64,000 nt of DNA from Gallionella sp. (GCA_039923775.1 JBDTCC010000022.1:5649-69648); one strand, 5' to 3'; shown: positions 27,688-39,355, counted from the stretch's first letter. Translations and numbers: made by a program. Notes: generated by a model not told the origin, from the sequence alone.

Positions 27688-29538
27688 ATGCCCCAATACC
27701 GTTCCCGTACTTCCACTCATGGTCGCAACATGGCCGGTGCGCGTTCGCTCTGGCGTGCCACAGGCATGACTGACGGTGATTTCGGCAAGCCCATCATCGC
27801 CATCGCCAACTCGTTCACCCAGTTCGTACCCGGACATGTCCACCTTAAAGACATGGGGCAACTGGTCGCGCGCGAGATCGAGAAGGCGGGTGGTATCGCC
27901 AAAGAATTCAATACCATTGCGGTGGATGATGGCATCGCCATGGGGCACGACGGTATGTTGTATTCGCTGCCCAGCCGCGATTTGATCGCCGACTCGGTGG
28001 AATATATGGTCAATGCACACTGCGCCGATGCGCTGGTATGCATTTCAAATTGCGACAAGATCACGCCGGGCATGTTGATGGCGGCGATGAGATTGAATAT
28101 CCCCGTTGTGTTTGTTTCCGGCGGGCCGATGGAAGCGGGCAAGGTGAACTGGCAAGGCAAGGTCAAAGGCCTGGATCTGGTGGATGCGATGGTCGCGGCT
28201 GCTGACAGCCGCGTGAGCGATGACGAGCTGGACGCCATCGAACGTTCCGCTTGTCCCACCTGCGGTTCCTGCTCGGGCATGTTTACCGCAAACTCGATGA
28301 ATTGTCTGACGGAAGCACTGGGATTGTCCTTGCCCGGCAATGGTTCGCTGGTTGCAACACACGCCGAGCGTAAACAGTTGTTCCTGAGCGCCGGCCGTAC
28401 CATTGTTGAATTGTGTAAACGATATTACGTGCAGGACGATGCCGGAGTATTGCCGCGCAGCATCGCCAACTTCGATGCATTCGAGAACGCGATGACACTG
28501 GACATCGCCATGGGCGGTTCGACAAACACGGTGTTGCATCTGCTGGCCATCGCGCGCGAGGCGGAAGTGGATTTCACCATGAAGGACATGGATCGCCTGT
28601 CGCGCCATGTGCCGACGTTGTGCAAAGTGGCACCCTCGTCCGAATATCACCTGGAGGACGTGCATCGTGCCGGTGGAGTCCCTTCAATTTTGGGTGAACT
28701 GGATCGCGCCGGATTGCTGCATGGCGAGGTTGGCACAGTACATAGCAAGACTTTGCGCGAGGGGCTCAGGCAGTGGGATATCATGCAAACCGGCAATGCG
28801 GCAGTGAAGGAATTCTTCCGTTCTGCACCCGGCGGCATCAGCACCACCATCGCGTTCTTGCAGTCGGCGCAATATCCCGAACTTGATGCCGACCGCGTCC
28901 AAGGCTGCATCCGCGACAAAGCGCATGCTTATTCCAAAGACGGTGGATTGGCGGTGTTGCACGGCAACATTGCGCTGGATGGCTGTATCGTGAAGACCGC
29001 GGGCGTGGATGACAGCATTCTCAAATTTAGCGGACGTGCACGGGTGTTTGAAAGTCAGGATGCCGCAACCGCAGGCATACTCGCAGACCAGATCGTCGCA
29101 GGCGATGTGGTGGTCATTCGGTACGAAGGCCCGAAAGGGGGTCCGGGTATGCAGGAGATGCTGTATCCGACTTCTTATCTGAAATCAAAAGGACTGGGCA
29201 AGGCGTGTGCGCTGCTCACCGACGGACGCTTCTCCGGCGGCACATCCGGCTTGAGCATCGGCCACGTCTCGCCGGAAGCGGCCAGCGGCGGTGCCATCGG
29301 TTTGGTGCAGGAAGGCGATCGCGTCGAGATCGACATTCCGAACCGAACGATCAATCTGGCAATCTCCAATGCCGAGATGGCAACGCGCCGCGCGGCAATG
29401 GAAGCAAAAGGCAAGCAGGCATGGAAGCCTGTTGCCGACCGGCCGCGTAAAATATCGGCTGCTTTGCGTGCCTATGCAGCCATGGTGACCAGTGCCGATA
29501 AAGGCGCGGTTCGTGATGTGTCGCAAGTGGAAAATTGA
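27688..29538 (+). CDS. ilvD: Dihydroxy-acid dehydratase
   Basis: [60 protein letters not shown]. Confidence 0.98.
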   Translation: MPQYRSRTSTHGRNMAGARSLWRATGMTDGDFGKPIIAIANSFTQFVPGHVHLKDMGQLVAREIEKAGGIAKEFNTIAVDDGIAMGHDGMLYSLPSRDLIADSVEYMVNAHCADALVCISNCDKITPGMLMAAMRLNIPVVFVSGGPMEAGKVNWQGKVKGLDLVDAMVAAADSRVSDDELDAIERSACPTCGSCSGMFTANSMNCLTEALGLSLPGNGSLVATHAERKQLFLSAGRTIVELCKRYYVQDDAGVLPRSIANFDAFENAMTLDIAMGGSTNTVLHLLAIAREAEVDFTMKDMDRLSRHVPTLCKVAPSSEYHLEDVHRAGGVPSILGELDRAGLLHGEVGTVHSKTLREGLRQWDIMQTGNAAVKEFFRSAPGGISTTIAFLQSAQYPELDADRVQGCIRDKAHAYSKDGGLAVLHGNIALDGCIVKTAGVDDSILKFSGRARVFESQDAATAGILADQIVAGDVVVIRYEGPKGGPGMQEMLYPTSYLKSKGLGKACALLTDGRFSGGTSGLSIGHVSPEAASGGAIGLVQEGDRVEIDIPNRTINLAISNAEMATRRAAMEAKGKQAWKPVADRPRKISAALRAYAAMVTSADKGAVRDVSQVEN

Positions 29539-29576
29539 TTCTGGATTCAACTATGAAACTTTGGAGATGCTGATCC

Positions 29577-31103
29577 TCAGGCTATGTAGTAATGAAAAAT
29601 TATCCAGGAAATAACACACAGCAACACCAGACTGATCAAAGTCAGCAAAATATTGTAGCGATGTTGCTGCTCAAGTATCTTTTGTAGCATTGCATCGTTG
29701 CGGAAGTTGCCATCGCTGCTCAAGTATCGATGCAACAGGCGCGGTAACTGTGGCAATACGGTAGCGTAGTTCGGCGCTTCGGTATGCAACGATTTGATCA
29801 AGCCGCGCCAGCCCACCTGTTCGCTCATCCAGCGTTCCAGCCACGGTTTGGCGGTTTTCCACAGATCCAGTTCCGGGTCGAGTTGCAGCCCCAGTCCCTC
29901 GATATTGAGCAGCGTCTTTTGCAGCAAAACCAATTGCGGTTGTACTTCGATGCCGAAACGGCGCGAAGTCTGGAACAGGCGCAACAGCACGCGTCCGAAT
30001 GAAACCTCGCGCAGCGGCTTGTCAAAGATGGGTTCGCATACCGCGCGTATGGCCGCTTCCAGCTCATCTACGCGAGTCTCCAACGGCGCCCAGCCCGATT
30101 CAATGTGCACCTCGGCGACACGCTTGTAGTCACGGCGAAAAAACGCAATGAAATTTTGCGCGAGATAATGTTTGTCGATATCGGTCAGCGTGCCCATGAT
30201 GCCGAAATCCAGCGCGATGTACTGGCCGTTGGCCGCAACCTGGACATTACCGGGATGCATGTCGGCGTGAAAAAATCCATCACGGAAAACCTGCGTATAA
30301 AATATCTCGACACCGATTCTGGCCAGCTTGGGAATGTCCACGCCGGCCTTGCGCAATTCATCCACCTGGCTGACAGGTATGCCATACATGCGCTCCATCA
30401 CCATGACTCCGGTACTGCAATAATCCCAATACATCTCGGGAACCAGAAGCAGTGGTGAATTGGCAAAATTCCGCCTGAGCTGGCTGCCATTGGATGCCTC
30501 GCGCATCAGATCAAGTTCATCTTCGAGATGCTTTTCGAATTCGGAAATCACCTGGCGCGGTTTGAGGCGACGGCCGTCCGCCCAAAGCCATTCGATCAAA
30601 TCGGCCGCCACTTTCATCAGTGCGACATCGTGGGCGATGATGTTGGTTATGCCTGGCCGCAAAATCTTGACCGCGACATCCCGGCCATCCGGAAGTATTG
30701 CAAAATGCACCTGTGCCACCGATGCACTGGCGACGGGGATGTTCTCAAAACATTGGAATACTTCCCGCAAAGGTTTGCCGTAGGCGGCTTCGAGCAATGC
30801 GATGGCCTGCACGGAGGGGAAGGGCGGTACCTGATCCTGAAGCTTGGCGAGTTCGTCGGCAATGTCAGCAGGCATCAGGTCGCGCCGCGTGGACAGCATT
30901 TGCCCGAATTTTACGAAGATAGGCCCGAGCTTTTCCAGCGCCAGACGCAACCGCACTGCACGCGGTTTGGACGTGTTGCGCAGGAACAGCATCAAGTTCA
31001 ACGGCACACGCATCCAGCGCACCCGTTCATGCGCCAGCAAAAACTCATCCAGCCCGAAACGCAGCACAACGACAATGATTTTGAGCAAACGGAAAATGCG
31101 CAT
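29577..31103 (-). CDS. ubiB: Ubiquinone biosynthesis regulatory kinase UbiB
   Basis: [51 protein letters not shown]. Confidence 0.97.
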   Translation of the reverse strand: MRIFRLLKIIVVVLRFGLDEFLLAHERVRWMRVPLNLMLFLRNTSKPRAVRLRLALEKLGPIFVKFGQMLSTRRDLMPADIADELAKLQDQVPPFPSVQAIALLEAAYGKPLREVFQCFENIPVASASVAQVHFAILPDGRDVAVKILRPGITNIIAHDVALMKVAADLIEWLWADGRRLKPRQVISEFEKHLEDELDLMREASNGSQLRRNFANSPLLLVPEMYWDYCSTGVMVMERMYGIPVSQVDELRKAGVDIPKLARIGVEIFYTQVFRDGFFHADMHPGNVQVAANGQYIALDFGIMGTLTDIDKHYLAQNFIAFFRRDYKRVAEVHIESGWAPLETRVDELEAAIRAVCEPIFDKPLREVSFGRVLLRLFQTSRRFGIEVQPQLVLLQKTLLNIEGLGLQLDPELDLWKTAKPWLERWMSEQVGWRGLIKSLHTEAPNYATVLPQLPRLLHRYLSSDGNFRNDAMLQKILEQQHRYNILLTLISLVLLCVISWIIFHYYIA

Positions 31104-31105
31104 TT

Positions 31106-31687
31106 TCAGATTTTTTCGGTAACAGACAGGCGATCGATACGTTGCTCCAGCCGCGCCAGATCATCACGCAAAGTATCGACCTGCTGCAGGAACCCCGATA
31201 CCTGCAGCGGCTTGGCGATTAGCGGGCGCTCCTCGGTCAGGTATTCTGCTGTAGCCCGGGACAGATTGACGGCAGCGTCGAGCATCTGTTGCCGCCCACT
31301 GTGGAAGGCTTGCACCAGTCGTTCAGCCATGATGTCGCCGGTGAAGCTGCTCAGGTCTTCCGCAGCATCCCAGCGCAAATTTCGCGACAGAAAAAAGATT
31401 TCCGTTAGCAGCGCCGTATCTCCTTCGGCGCGGATCTCGGTATGCGCCTTTTCGTCATGTGCAGCCAGACGCGGTAACAGGGAAGGCGGGATCACACACA
31501 CCGCATCAACGCTGGTTGAGGAAGCAACACTCTGTAACGAACCGTCCGCCAATATTGTGCAGGCAAATGAAAATGGTGCAATGTCGAACCGCGCGGTTTT
31601 GCCGGGGAAGTTTGCGAGCCGCTGCAATGCCCAGTTGTTCCGGGCAAGCAGGTGATTCAATACCATGACGGAAGGATGTGTGAGCAC
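31106..31687 (-). CDS. ubiJ: Ubiquinone biosynthesis accessory factor UbiJ (SCP2 domain)
   Basis: SCP2-like N-terminus, [26 protein letters not shown]; directly upstream of ubiB. Confidence 0.9.
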   Translation of the reverse strand: MLTHPSVMVLNHLLARNNWALQRLANFPGKTARFDIAPFSFACTILADGSLQSVASSTSVDAVCVIPPSLLPRLAAHDEKAHTEIRAEGDTALLTEIFFLSRNLRWDAAEDLSSFTGDIMAERLVQAFHSGRQQMLDAAVNLSRATAEYLTEERPLIAKPLQVSGFLQQVDTLRDDLARLEQRIDRLSVTEKI

Positions 31688-32138
31688 AATGACTTAAGAC
31701 AAAAAAGACGGATGGACGCGTATCGTCAACGACATCAAAAAAAATTGATTCATGTATATCTCTTCGTGTGGGCAAAGTCACGCGGAGTGAAGTATAACAC
31801 CGGTGGTTTAAACCTGCGGCTACGCCTGAATTTCAGTCATTTTCGTGAAGCAAATTATCAGATATGAGCATCTCCGGATAACTCATTACATTTTGGAAGG
31901 CATGCAGATTAATTCACCCTCTTTCGCAAATAAGCTTTTGCCCGATGGTGGATAGTCCGCGGGTTTTGCTGTACGGGGACTACCCACGCCTTGAGCGCTT
32001 CAAGCACAAAAAAATTGTATTTGTTCCCCATCTTCATGTCAGCAACCCTGCATTCCAGGTTGGCAAAACATTACTCAATCAGCGGCAATTGTAAGCAGGA
32101 GGCTGTGGTGGAACAGTATCTACCCCCTGCGGGGATTG

Positions 32139-32852
32139 TCAAAACGGCGGTTCACTGGACAGGGTTAACAGATTTTCGCGTAATGGGTGGACGAAACTCA
32201 ATTCCCGCGCGTGAAGCAGCAGCCGTTCCGCGATATTGCCGGCGTTTTCTCCGTAAAGTTCATCGCCGAGTACCGGATGCCCGATGGCCGCCATATGCAA
32301 TCGCAATTGGTGGGTGCGTCCGGTTGCGGGCTCCAGATCGACGCGGCTGGCAAGCAAGCCACACTCGCCATGATGCATCGAATCGCGGGCGGGATATTCC
32401 AAATATTCCAGCAGGACATAGCGCGTGAGTGACGGTTTGCCGATGTAGAAATCAACCTTTTGGCGCGGTCGATTCGGCCAGTCGGAAGCCAGCGGCAGGT
32501 CCACCTCTCCCGTGCTGGTCCCGACCCTGCCTGATACGATTGCGACATAGGATTTTTTTATCGCGCGCTCACGAAACAGGCATGAAAGCCGCTGGTGCAT
32601 TACAGCGCCACGTGCAAACACCAGCAAGCCTGAAGTGCTCATGTCCAGGCGGTGTACGCTGCGGGCATCCGGGAATTCCTTCTGTACTCGGACCGCCAGG
32701 CTGTCAGCTTTGTCCAGCCCGCGTCCCGGCACGGAAAGCAGTCCGGCAGGTTTGTTCACCACCAATAGCGATTCGTCACAATAGACAATGTCGAGACCGT
32801 AGTCGGGAGGCGGGTTGTATGTTGACTGTGACTGGGGCACTAGCGTTTCCAA
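32139..32852 (-). CDS. rluA: RluA-family RNA pseudouridine synthase
   Basis: VVNKPAGLLSVPGRG, HRLDMSTSG (catalytic Asp), TGRTHQLRLH, GHPVLGDELY, LLLHA. Start codon uncertain. Confidence 0.88.
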   Translation of the reverse strand: METLVPQSQSTYNPPPDYGLDIVYCDESLLVVNKPAGLLSVPGRGLDKADSLAVRVQKEFPDARSVHRLDMSTSGLLVFARGAVMHQRLSCLFRERAIKKSYVAIVSGRVGTSTGEVDLPLASDWPNRPRQKVDFYIGKPSLTRYVLLEYLEYPARDSMHHGECGLLASRVDLEPATGRTHQLRLHMAAIGHPVLGDELYGENAGNIAERLLLHARELSFVHPLRENLLTLSSEPPF

Positions 32853-32947
32853 TCAATGGCGTGCACGTTGCTCAGGCAAAACCGGTCTGCATTGATTTTC
32901 TTGATACATCCAGTCCGCAGCCGGCGCTGCGGAGGGCAAAGGCAAGG

Positions 32948-33874
32948 TTACCGCGCATACTCGTGTTTGAAATGAGCTGACGAGATTTCAAACTCGATAA
33001 TATCAGCACGGTTCTCGGCAAATGATTCCCCGAGGCTGATCGAGCCATTTCCCTGCAGGAAAATTTCATCGCGGATGATATGGGCCACATTGCCGTCGCT
33101 GTAACGAACGTAGGTTCCATTGGTGCTTTGGTCAATGATGATAAACCTGCCGAAACGCAATTCGATATGAATATGCAAGCGTGATGCGAGCTCATTCTGC
33201 ACAACCAGATCGCATGTATCGTCTCGTCCCAATACCACGCTTCTGCACTCTTTGTTGACCTTGATAGTGAGGCCGCGATAGCGCAAAATCATTTCATCGA
33301 TATTGTCCTTGGACTTGCGGAATGCAGGCATGCCGATGCGTGTGGATTGCACATCTTCCTGCTCAAGGATAATCTGGTAAAGGACGAATTGGTCCTGTTT
33401 GCCTTTAAGCTCGGCACGCAGAATTTGGCGCATTTTGCTTCGCAAATCACCCGGCAGGGCGTCGAATACCGCCTGGGTCGCCATGATCTGGCCCGCACGC
33501 GTTTTAGCGGTGACGCGCGAGGCGACGTTAACAGTGTTGCCGAATACATCATTCGATTCCTTGATTACAGGGCCAAAGTTGAAGCCAATGCGAATGTGCA
33601 ACGGTACACCATTCAGGGGCTGGGAATTTTCCACCGCGTGTCGGATGGAACAGGCGGCATGAAAGGCAGTTTCAGCGCTCGGGAAAGTGGCCATGACCTC
33701 GTCGCCTATGGTCTTTATCAGCGTACCCTGGCAGGCAAAAATCTTGTCGCTCATGGTGGTGATGCATTGAAAAATCAATTTTCGCGCCAGGTCGTCCCCA
33801 AGATTTTCATATAGCGATGTGCTGCCGCAAATATCTGCAAACAGGACCGCAAGTTTATCTACACTTTGTGGCAT
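32948..33874 (-). CDS. Class III adenylate cyclase with C-terminal FHA domain
   Basis: VLFADICGST, IKTIGDEVM, DVFGNTVNVASR (cyclase). LGR, SRLH and STNGT motifs (FHA). Confidence 0.9.
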   Translation of the reverse strand: MPQSVDKLAVLFADICGSTSLYENLGDDLARKLIFQCITTMSDKIFACQGTLIKTIGDEVMATFPSAETAFHAACSIRHAVENSQPLNGVPLHIRIGFNFGPVIKESNDVFGNTVNVASRVTAKTRAGQIMATQAVFDALPGDLRSKMRQILRAELKGKQDQFVLYQIILEQEDVQSTRIGMPAFRKSKDNIDEMILRYRGLTIKVNKECRSVVLGRDDTCDLVVQNELASRLHIHIELRFGRFIIIDQSTNGTYVRYSDGNVAHIIRDEIFLQGNGSISLGESFAENRADIIEFEISSAHFKHEYAR

Positions 33875-34187
33875 ATGGAATCGTTAGGGGCGCCGTAAAT
33901 TTTTCCCAGGAGCCTGGATGCTTTCAAAATTACCTGACAATCAGGTGGCAACACGGCGTAAGGTATGCTCTGTATCCAGCGCAGCGCGGGCACGATTGCA
34001 AATTTATGGAGCCCCCGAGTTGCACTGCAAATGTGTGCACATCATCGCTGATGTGAGTGGGGGATGCAAGAGGCAGGAGCCAAGTGAGTTTAGGCAGCGA
34101 ATTGGACTTCAACACTGCAATAATCGCGAGAAATCGCCAGGGTGCAGCAAAACCGGACAGGTTGATTTTTGTATTACCGATGCAGCC

Positions 34188-34529
34188 CTAGGCCTTTCTG
34201 ACGTACTCGGACTTCAGCGACATTGCCCCGATACCGTCAATCCTGCAGTCGATGTCATGGTCACCCCCGACAATTCGGATGTTCTTCACCTTGGTTCCCA
34301 CCTTGACCACTGATGAAGAACCCTTGACCTTCAGGTCTTTGATCACCGTGATGCTGTCGCCGTCATTCAGCACATTTCCGGAAGCATCACGCACCACGCG
34401 CTTTTCGTCCAAACTCTCTACCACGGAGTCCTTGCTCCATTCATGTGCGCATTCTGGGCATGCATATATGTTGCCGTGCTCGTAGGTGTACTCGGAACTG
34501 CAGTTCGGACATTTGGGAAAATTACTCAT
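34188..34529 (-). CDS. phnA: Zinc-ribbon protein YjdM/PhnA family
   Basis: [54 protein letters not shown]. Confidence 0.93.
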   Translation of the reverse strand: MSNFPKCPNCSSEYTYEHGNIYACPECAHEWSKDSVVESLDEKRVVRDASGNVLNDGDSITVIKDLKVKGSSSVVKVGTKVKNIRIVGGDHDIDCRIDGIGAMSLKSEYVRKA

Positions 34530-34588
34530 GAACAAGTTTCATCTTCAAATTCTCGCCAGTCACTTTTATGGCAGGAAGTGACGGCAGG

Positions 34589-35323
34589 CTAAAGTTTGTA
34601 TCCACGATGCACCGCCACCACGCCGCCAGTCAGGTTGAAATATTCGACACGTTCCAGTCCGGCTTCTTCCATCATGCGTTTAAGCTCTTTCTGTCCGGGG
34701 TGCATGCGAATGGATTCGGCAAGATATCGGTAGCTGTCCGCGTCGCCGGCGATGAGTTGCCCCATCTTGGGCAACAGCTTGAAGGAATAAAGGTCGTAGG
34801 CTTTTTCCAGCGGTTTTGCGACCTTGGAGAATTCCAGAACGATCACACGGCCGCCGGGCTTCAGCACGCGTTGCATCTCGCGCAGGGCGGCGTCCTTGTG
34901 GGTGACGTTGCGCAAGCCGAATGCGATGCTGACACAATCGAAGTGGTTATCGGGGAAAGGTAGGTGTTCGGCATCGCATTGTGTGACTGGCGTTGCGATC
35001 CCCTCGTCAAGCAGGCGGTTACGCCCCACGCGCAGCATGGCGTTGTTGATATCGGTGAGAACGACCTGTCCGGTGCTGCCGACTTCCTTGAGGAACAGCC
35101 GCGACAGATCGGCCGAACCGCCCGCGACGTCCAGTACGCGCTGTCCGGGGCGCACCCCGCTGACACTGATTGCATAGCGTTTCCACAGGCGATGCAGGCC
35201 GGCGGACATCAGGTCGTTCATCACGTCATATTTCCCCGCAACCGAGGTGAACACGCCTGCAACGCGTTTCGCCTTTTCGGTTTCGTCTACCGTTTCAAAA
35301 CCGAAATCGGTGGTTTTATTCAT
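34589..35323 (-). CDS. ubiE: Ubiquinone/menaquinone C-methyltransferase
   Basis: [43 protein letters not shown]. Start set at ATG 35323. Confidence 0.97.
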   Translation of the reverse strand: MNKTTDFGFETVDETEKAKRVAGVFTSVAGKYDVMNDLMSAGLHRLWKRYAISVSGVRPGQRVLDVAGGSADLSRLFLKEVGSTGQVVLTDINNAMLRVGRNRLLDEGIATPVTQCDAEHLPFPDNHFDCVSIAFGLRNVTHKDAALREMQRVLKPGGRVIVLEFSKVAKPLEKAYDLYSFKLLPKMGQLIAGDADSYRYLAESIRMHPGQKELKRMMEEAGLERVEYFNLTGGVVAVHRGYKL

Positions 35324-35340
35324 GGCGGATATTCCATTGT

Positions 35341-35742
35341 CTAGTGACCGCAGCCCTTGGGAGCGGGGGCGGGGGACTGATTGACGGAAGGCTTGCGGCT
35401 TGCGCCGGCATTGTCCAGTTTTTGCAGATATGCCTGCCAAAGTTCGTCGCGCCTGCCGCCCAGATGTCGCAGGTATTCCCAGGAATACAGGCCACTGTCG
35501 TGGCCGTCGTCGAATGAGATCTGCATTGCATAGCTGCCGACCGGTTCTACGCCGAGGACTTTCACGTCTTGCTTGCCAACTTGCAGTACTTCCTGTCCGG
35601 GACCGTGTCCGCGTACCTCGGCAGAAGGGGAATGCACGCGCAAAAACTCATAGGGCAGACGATAGCTGGGGCTGTCGGCAAAGGCGATCTCGAGTTCGCG
35701 TGCTTGCTGGTGCAGAATGATTTCGGTAGGTTGTTCTGTCAT
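35341..35742 (-). CDS. DUF971 / gamma-butyrobetaine hydroxylase-like N-terminal domain protein
   Basis: [45 protein letters not shown]; usual position upstream of ubiE. Confidence 0.92.
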   Translation of the reverse strand: MTEQPTEIILHQQARELEIAFADSPSYRLPYEFLRVHSPSAEVRGHGPGQEVLQVGKQDVKVLGVEPVGSYAMQISFDDGHDSGLYSWEYLRHLGGRRDELWQAYLQKLDNAGASRKPSVNQSPAPAPKGCGH

Positions 35743-35745
35743 GAT

Positions 35746-36231
35746 TTATAAGGAGCGGATCTTCTTCAATAGCGCGGTAGTGGAACGTTCATGTAAAAAA
35801 GGGATGCTGTGCACCGTGCCGCCCCAGCTTTGCATTTCGTGGGCACCGACAATTTTTTCCGGGCGCCAGTCACCGCCTTTCACCAGCACCTCGGGTTTGC
35901 AGGCCAGGATCAAATCCAGCGGTGTATCCTGGTCGAATCTTACCACCATGTTGACCGATTCCAGCGCGGCGAGCACCATCATGCGATCCTGCTCAGGATT
36001 GATCGGCCGGTCATCGCCCTTGCCTTGCCGTTTCACCGATACATCGCTGTTCACACCGATGATCAGTGATGCACCCAGTGCGCGGGCCTGCGCGAGATAA
36101 GTCACGTGACCGCGATGCAGAACGTCAAAACATCCGTTGGTGAAAACCAGCGGGCGGGGCAAGGCGGCTATACGTTCAGCCAGTTCCCCGACCGGGCATA
36201 TTTTGTGTTCGAAAGCGGGTGCGGGATACAT
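35746..36231 (-). CDS. hldC: D-glycero-beta-D-manno-heptose 1-phosphate adenylyltransferase (HldC/RfaE2)
   Basis: VFTNGCFDVLHRGHVTYL, GVNSD, LVKGGDW, STTALL. Confidence 0.92.
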   Translation of the reverse strand: MYPAPAFEHKICPVGELAERIAALPRPLVFTNGCFDVLHRGHVTYLAQARALGASLIIGVNSDVSVKRQGKGDDRPINPEQDRMMVLAALESVNMVVRFDQDTPLDLILACKPEVLVKGGDWRPEKIVGAHEMQSWGGTVHSIPFLHERSTTALLKKIRSL

Positions 36232-36305
36232 TCAGTCAGGGCGTTCAAACAGTACGGGCATGCAATGTGCCGTTTTTACAAGCAACGGTGAGATGATCCA
36301 TGCGG

Positions 36306-36926
<621 letters not shown>

Positions 36927-36935
36927 TTAACCGAA

Positions 36936-37280
36936 TCAGGCATCAAACGCATTCTTGAGCCATTGCATGTTGTGCTCTTCCACACCGTCCAGCAGCACAA
37001 CATCGAAGCGGCATGCCGGGATACGGGCAAGACTGGCAAGATATTGTTGCGCGGTACGGATGATGCGCTGTTGCTTGTGTGCATCGATGCTGGCCGCTGC
37101 ACCGCCGAAGCCGACATTGCGCCGCAAGCGCACCTCGATGAATACCAGCGTTGTTCCATCCCGCATGATCAAATCGATTTCGCCAAAACGACCTCGATAA
37201 TTTTGCGCGATCAATTTCAAGCCCTGCTGCTGCAGATATTGCACAGCCAGTTTTTCGGCCTGTGCACCCTGTGTAATCAT
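36936..37280 (-). CDS. yraN: YraN-family (UPF0102) endonuclease-like protein
   Basis: GEIDLIM, LVFIEVRLR, CRFDVV. Confidence 0.93.
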   Translation of the reverse strand: MITQGAQAEKLAVQYLQQQGLKLIAQNYRGRFGEIDLIMRDGTTLVFIEVRLRRNVGFGGAAASIDAHKQQRIIRTAQQYLASLARIPACRFDVVLLDGVEEHNMQWLKNAFDA

Positions 37281-38497
37281 GGCCGGGTGGTTGGCTGGCC
37301 GGGAAACATTTGTGGAGCGGGTGTGGCAGCGGCTGGTGCATCAGACAATTGCGCGCGTCCCTGGGCAAATACGGCCGGAATCGCAATGCGTTCGAAGTTG
37401 TGGCCGTTGAGCTGGATTTGGCCACTTACGCCATCCAGCGGCAAATCGGTATTTAGATTGCCCACCAGCATCAATTCAATCAAGCGGAACGAGTCTATAC
37501 CCAATGCGTATAGTCGGTCACGGCTGGCCGAAAGGGGCGGATTGGGTTGCGGATAAATCATCACGGCGGGGTGGTCGGGTTGCAAAAGCCATGGCATATC
37601 GACAAAGTGGACACCACTCAGATCGTAATTGGCCAGTACGTTATCGTTTCCGGTAAAGACCTGTGAAGTGGCATAAACCGGTATCTTGCTGGGCAGGTAA
37701 GGGCGAATTAGACGCGAATTCTCGGCGTCGGTAGCGAGAAATACCATGGTGTCAGTTATGTCGGCAATATCGGCAAACACCGAGGGGTCGCCGTTGTATT
37801 CGATCTCGCGCAAAATGCCCCTGTCTGCACCCTGTGCCGAATTTGTCCATGCTTCCTCAAAGGCTGACTGCACACGCTGGGACAGCGGCAAGTGGGAGGT
37901 AATGATGATGGCCTGATGCAGCCCCTGCTGTTTGGCTATTTGTGCAACTTGCCGCGCTTCGGCTTCTACTGCCATGCCGAAAAAATACAATTGCGGGGCA
38001 AATTGACCGTCCACGATGTTCAATGCAAGCGTCGGAACCGGAATGTCCCGGTCGGCCGCCAGCGCGCTGACGCCGTTACGCGTTAACGGTCCCACCACAG
38101 CGCGTGCCCCGTTGGCGATGGCTTGGCGATAAGCGGTAACGACGCTGGAGTTTTCGTCAAAGTCACTGTAAACGCGTATCGGCATCATCAATCTTTTGCT
38201 GTTTGAATTGGCCGCCGCAAAAAATCCCTGCTCGACAGCATTTGCTGCGGGGCCGAATATGTCCGATTTCACCGGCAGCAGAAGCGCGATGTGCGGAAAG
38301 GGCGTCACATTAGGGAGTACGACAGGGGCGGGAATTGTTACGACAGCTTCAGGGATTGCGGGCGTTGCAACAACGCCGGAAATGGCAGCTGGTTGTTCCG
38401 TGATAGCTGGCGGGGACACGGGCTGCATCTGCGGTACAGTGCTGGTACAGGCGTATAGTGAGAACAAAATTGAAAGTAAGAGGAGTACACGTTGCAT
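37277..38497 (-). CDS. Penicillin-binding protein activator LpoA/LppC-family lipoprotein
   Basis: Lipobox LYAC, HIALLLP, AVVGPL, PTLALN, YATSQ, DMPWLL, RLYALGIDS. Confidence 0.9.
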   Translation of the reverse strand: MQRVLLLLSILFSLYACTSTVPQMQPVSPPAITEQPAAISGVVATPAIPEAVVTIPAPVVLPNVTPFPHIALLLPVKSDIFGPAANAVEQGFFAAANSNSKRLMMPIRVYSDFDENSSVVTAYRQAIANGARAVVGPLTRNGVSALAADRDIPVPTLALNIVDGQFAPQLYFFGMAVEAEARQVAQIAKQQGLHQAIIITSHLPLSQRVQSAFEEAWTNSAQGADRGILREIEYNGDPSVFADIADITDTMVFLATDAENSRLIRPYLPSKIPVYATSQVFTGNDNVLANYDLSGVHFVDMPWLLQPDHPAVMIYPQPNPPLSASRDRLYALGIDSFRLIELMLVGNLNTDLPLDGVSGQIQLNGHNFERIAIPAVFAQGRAQLSDAPAAATPAPQMFPGQPTTRP

Positions 38498-39355
38498 AGC
38501 AAACATCCGCAAAAGTTGGAACCCGCATTATATGTAGTTGCCACCCCGATAGGAAATTTGCGTGATATCACCCTGCGCGCGCTCGAGGTGCTGGCCGCCG
38601 CAGACGTGCTGGCCGCCGAGGATACGCGCAACACCGCACATTTGTTGACCCACCATGCTATCAGCGCGAATAAACTGATTGCGTTGCATCAGCATAACGA
38701 ACGGGGTGCTGCGGAAAAAATAATCGCATTCCTGGAGGGCGGGCAAAGCGTGGCATTTGTCAGCGATGCGGGAACGCCGGCCATCAGCGATCCGGGCGCA
38801 TTGCTGGTACAGGCAGTGCGTGCTGCGGGTCTGCGCGTTGTGCCGATACCCGGTCCGAGTGCGGCGATAGCAGCCTTGTCCGCGTCCGGCTTGAACGAGC
38901 CGCATTTCATGTTCTGCGGATTTTTACCCAACAAATCTGCAGCAAGGTGTACCGTGCTGCAAACGTTGATCAGCTACACCGGCACGCTGGTGTTTTACGA
39001 AGCGCCGCACCGGATCGTCGAATGTGTCGCAGATTTGTGCGCGGTTTTGGGGGGCAAGCGGCAGATCGTGCTGGCCCGCGAAATCACCAAACTGTTCGAG
39101 ACAATACACTCCTGCGCATTGTCCGATGCCGAAGCCTGGTTACAATCCGACAGCAATCAGCAACGCGGCGAATTTGTCGTGATGGTTTCCGGTGCGATAC
39201 CGGAACCGGGTTTGTCTGTTGAGACTCTCGGCGTACTTTCCACACTGCTCGACGAATTACCGCTCAAGCAGGCGGTACAACTCGCCGCAAAAATTACCGG
39301 AGCAAGCCGTAACGAGCTGTACCAACGGGCCCTGCAAATCAAAAACCCTGCTTGA
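38492..39355 (+). CDS. rsmI: 16S rRNA C1402 2'-O-methyltransferase
   Basis: LYVVATPIGNLRDIT, AEDTR, VSDAGTPAISDPG, YEAPHR, REITKLFE. TTG start (38492 with AGGAG SD, or 38516). Confidence 0.97.
   Translation: MHSKHPQKLEPALYVVATPIGNLRDITLRALEVLAAADVLAAEDTRNTAHLLTHHAISANKLIALHQHNERGAAEKIIAFLEGGQSVAFVSDAGTPAISDPGALLVQAVRAAGLRVVPIPGPSAAIAALSASGLNEPHFMFCGFLPNKSAARCTVLQTLISYTGTLVFYEAPHRIVECVADLCAVLGGKRQIVLAREITKLFETIHSCALSDAEAWLQSDSNQQRGEFVVMVSGAIPEPGLSVETLGVLSTLLDELPLKQAVQLAAKITGASRNELYQRALQIKNPA

Noticed and set aside
30528-31655. 375-aa plus-strand ORF
   Set aside because: Antisense shadow of ubiB/ubiJ with no recognisable motifs.
31770-31825. GGGCAAA-hairpin resembling the start of a c-di-GMP-I riboswitch
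   Set aside because: Lacks the GAAA tetraloop, the ACGCAAA junction and the P2 receptor, and there is no downstream gene on that strand.
33875-34187. 313-bp gap upstream of the cyclase
   Set aside because: Short ORFs look random and only weak hairpins are present; most simply the cyclase promoter region.
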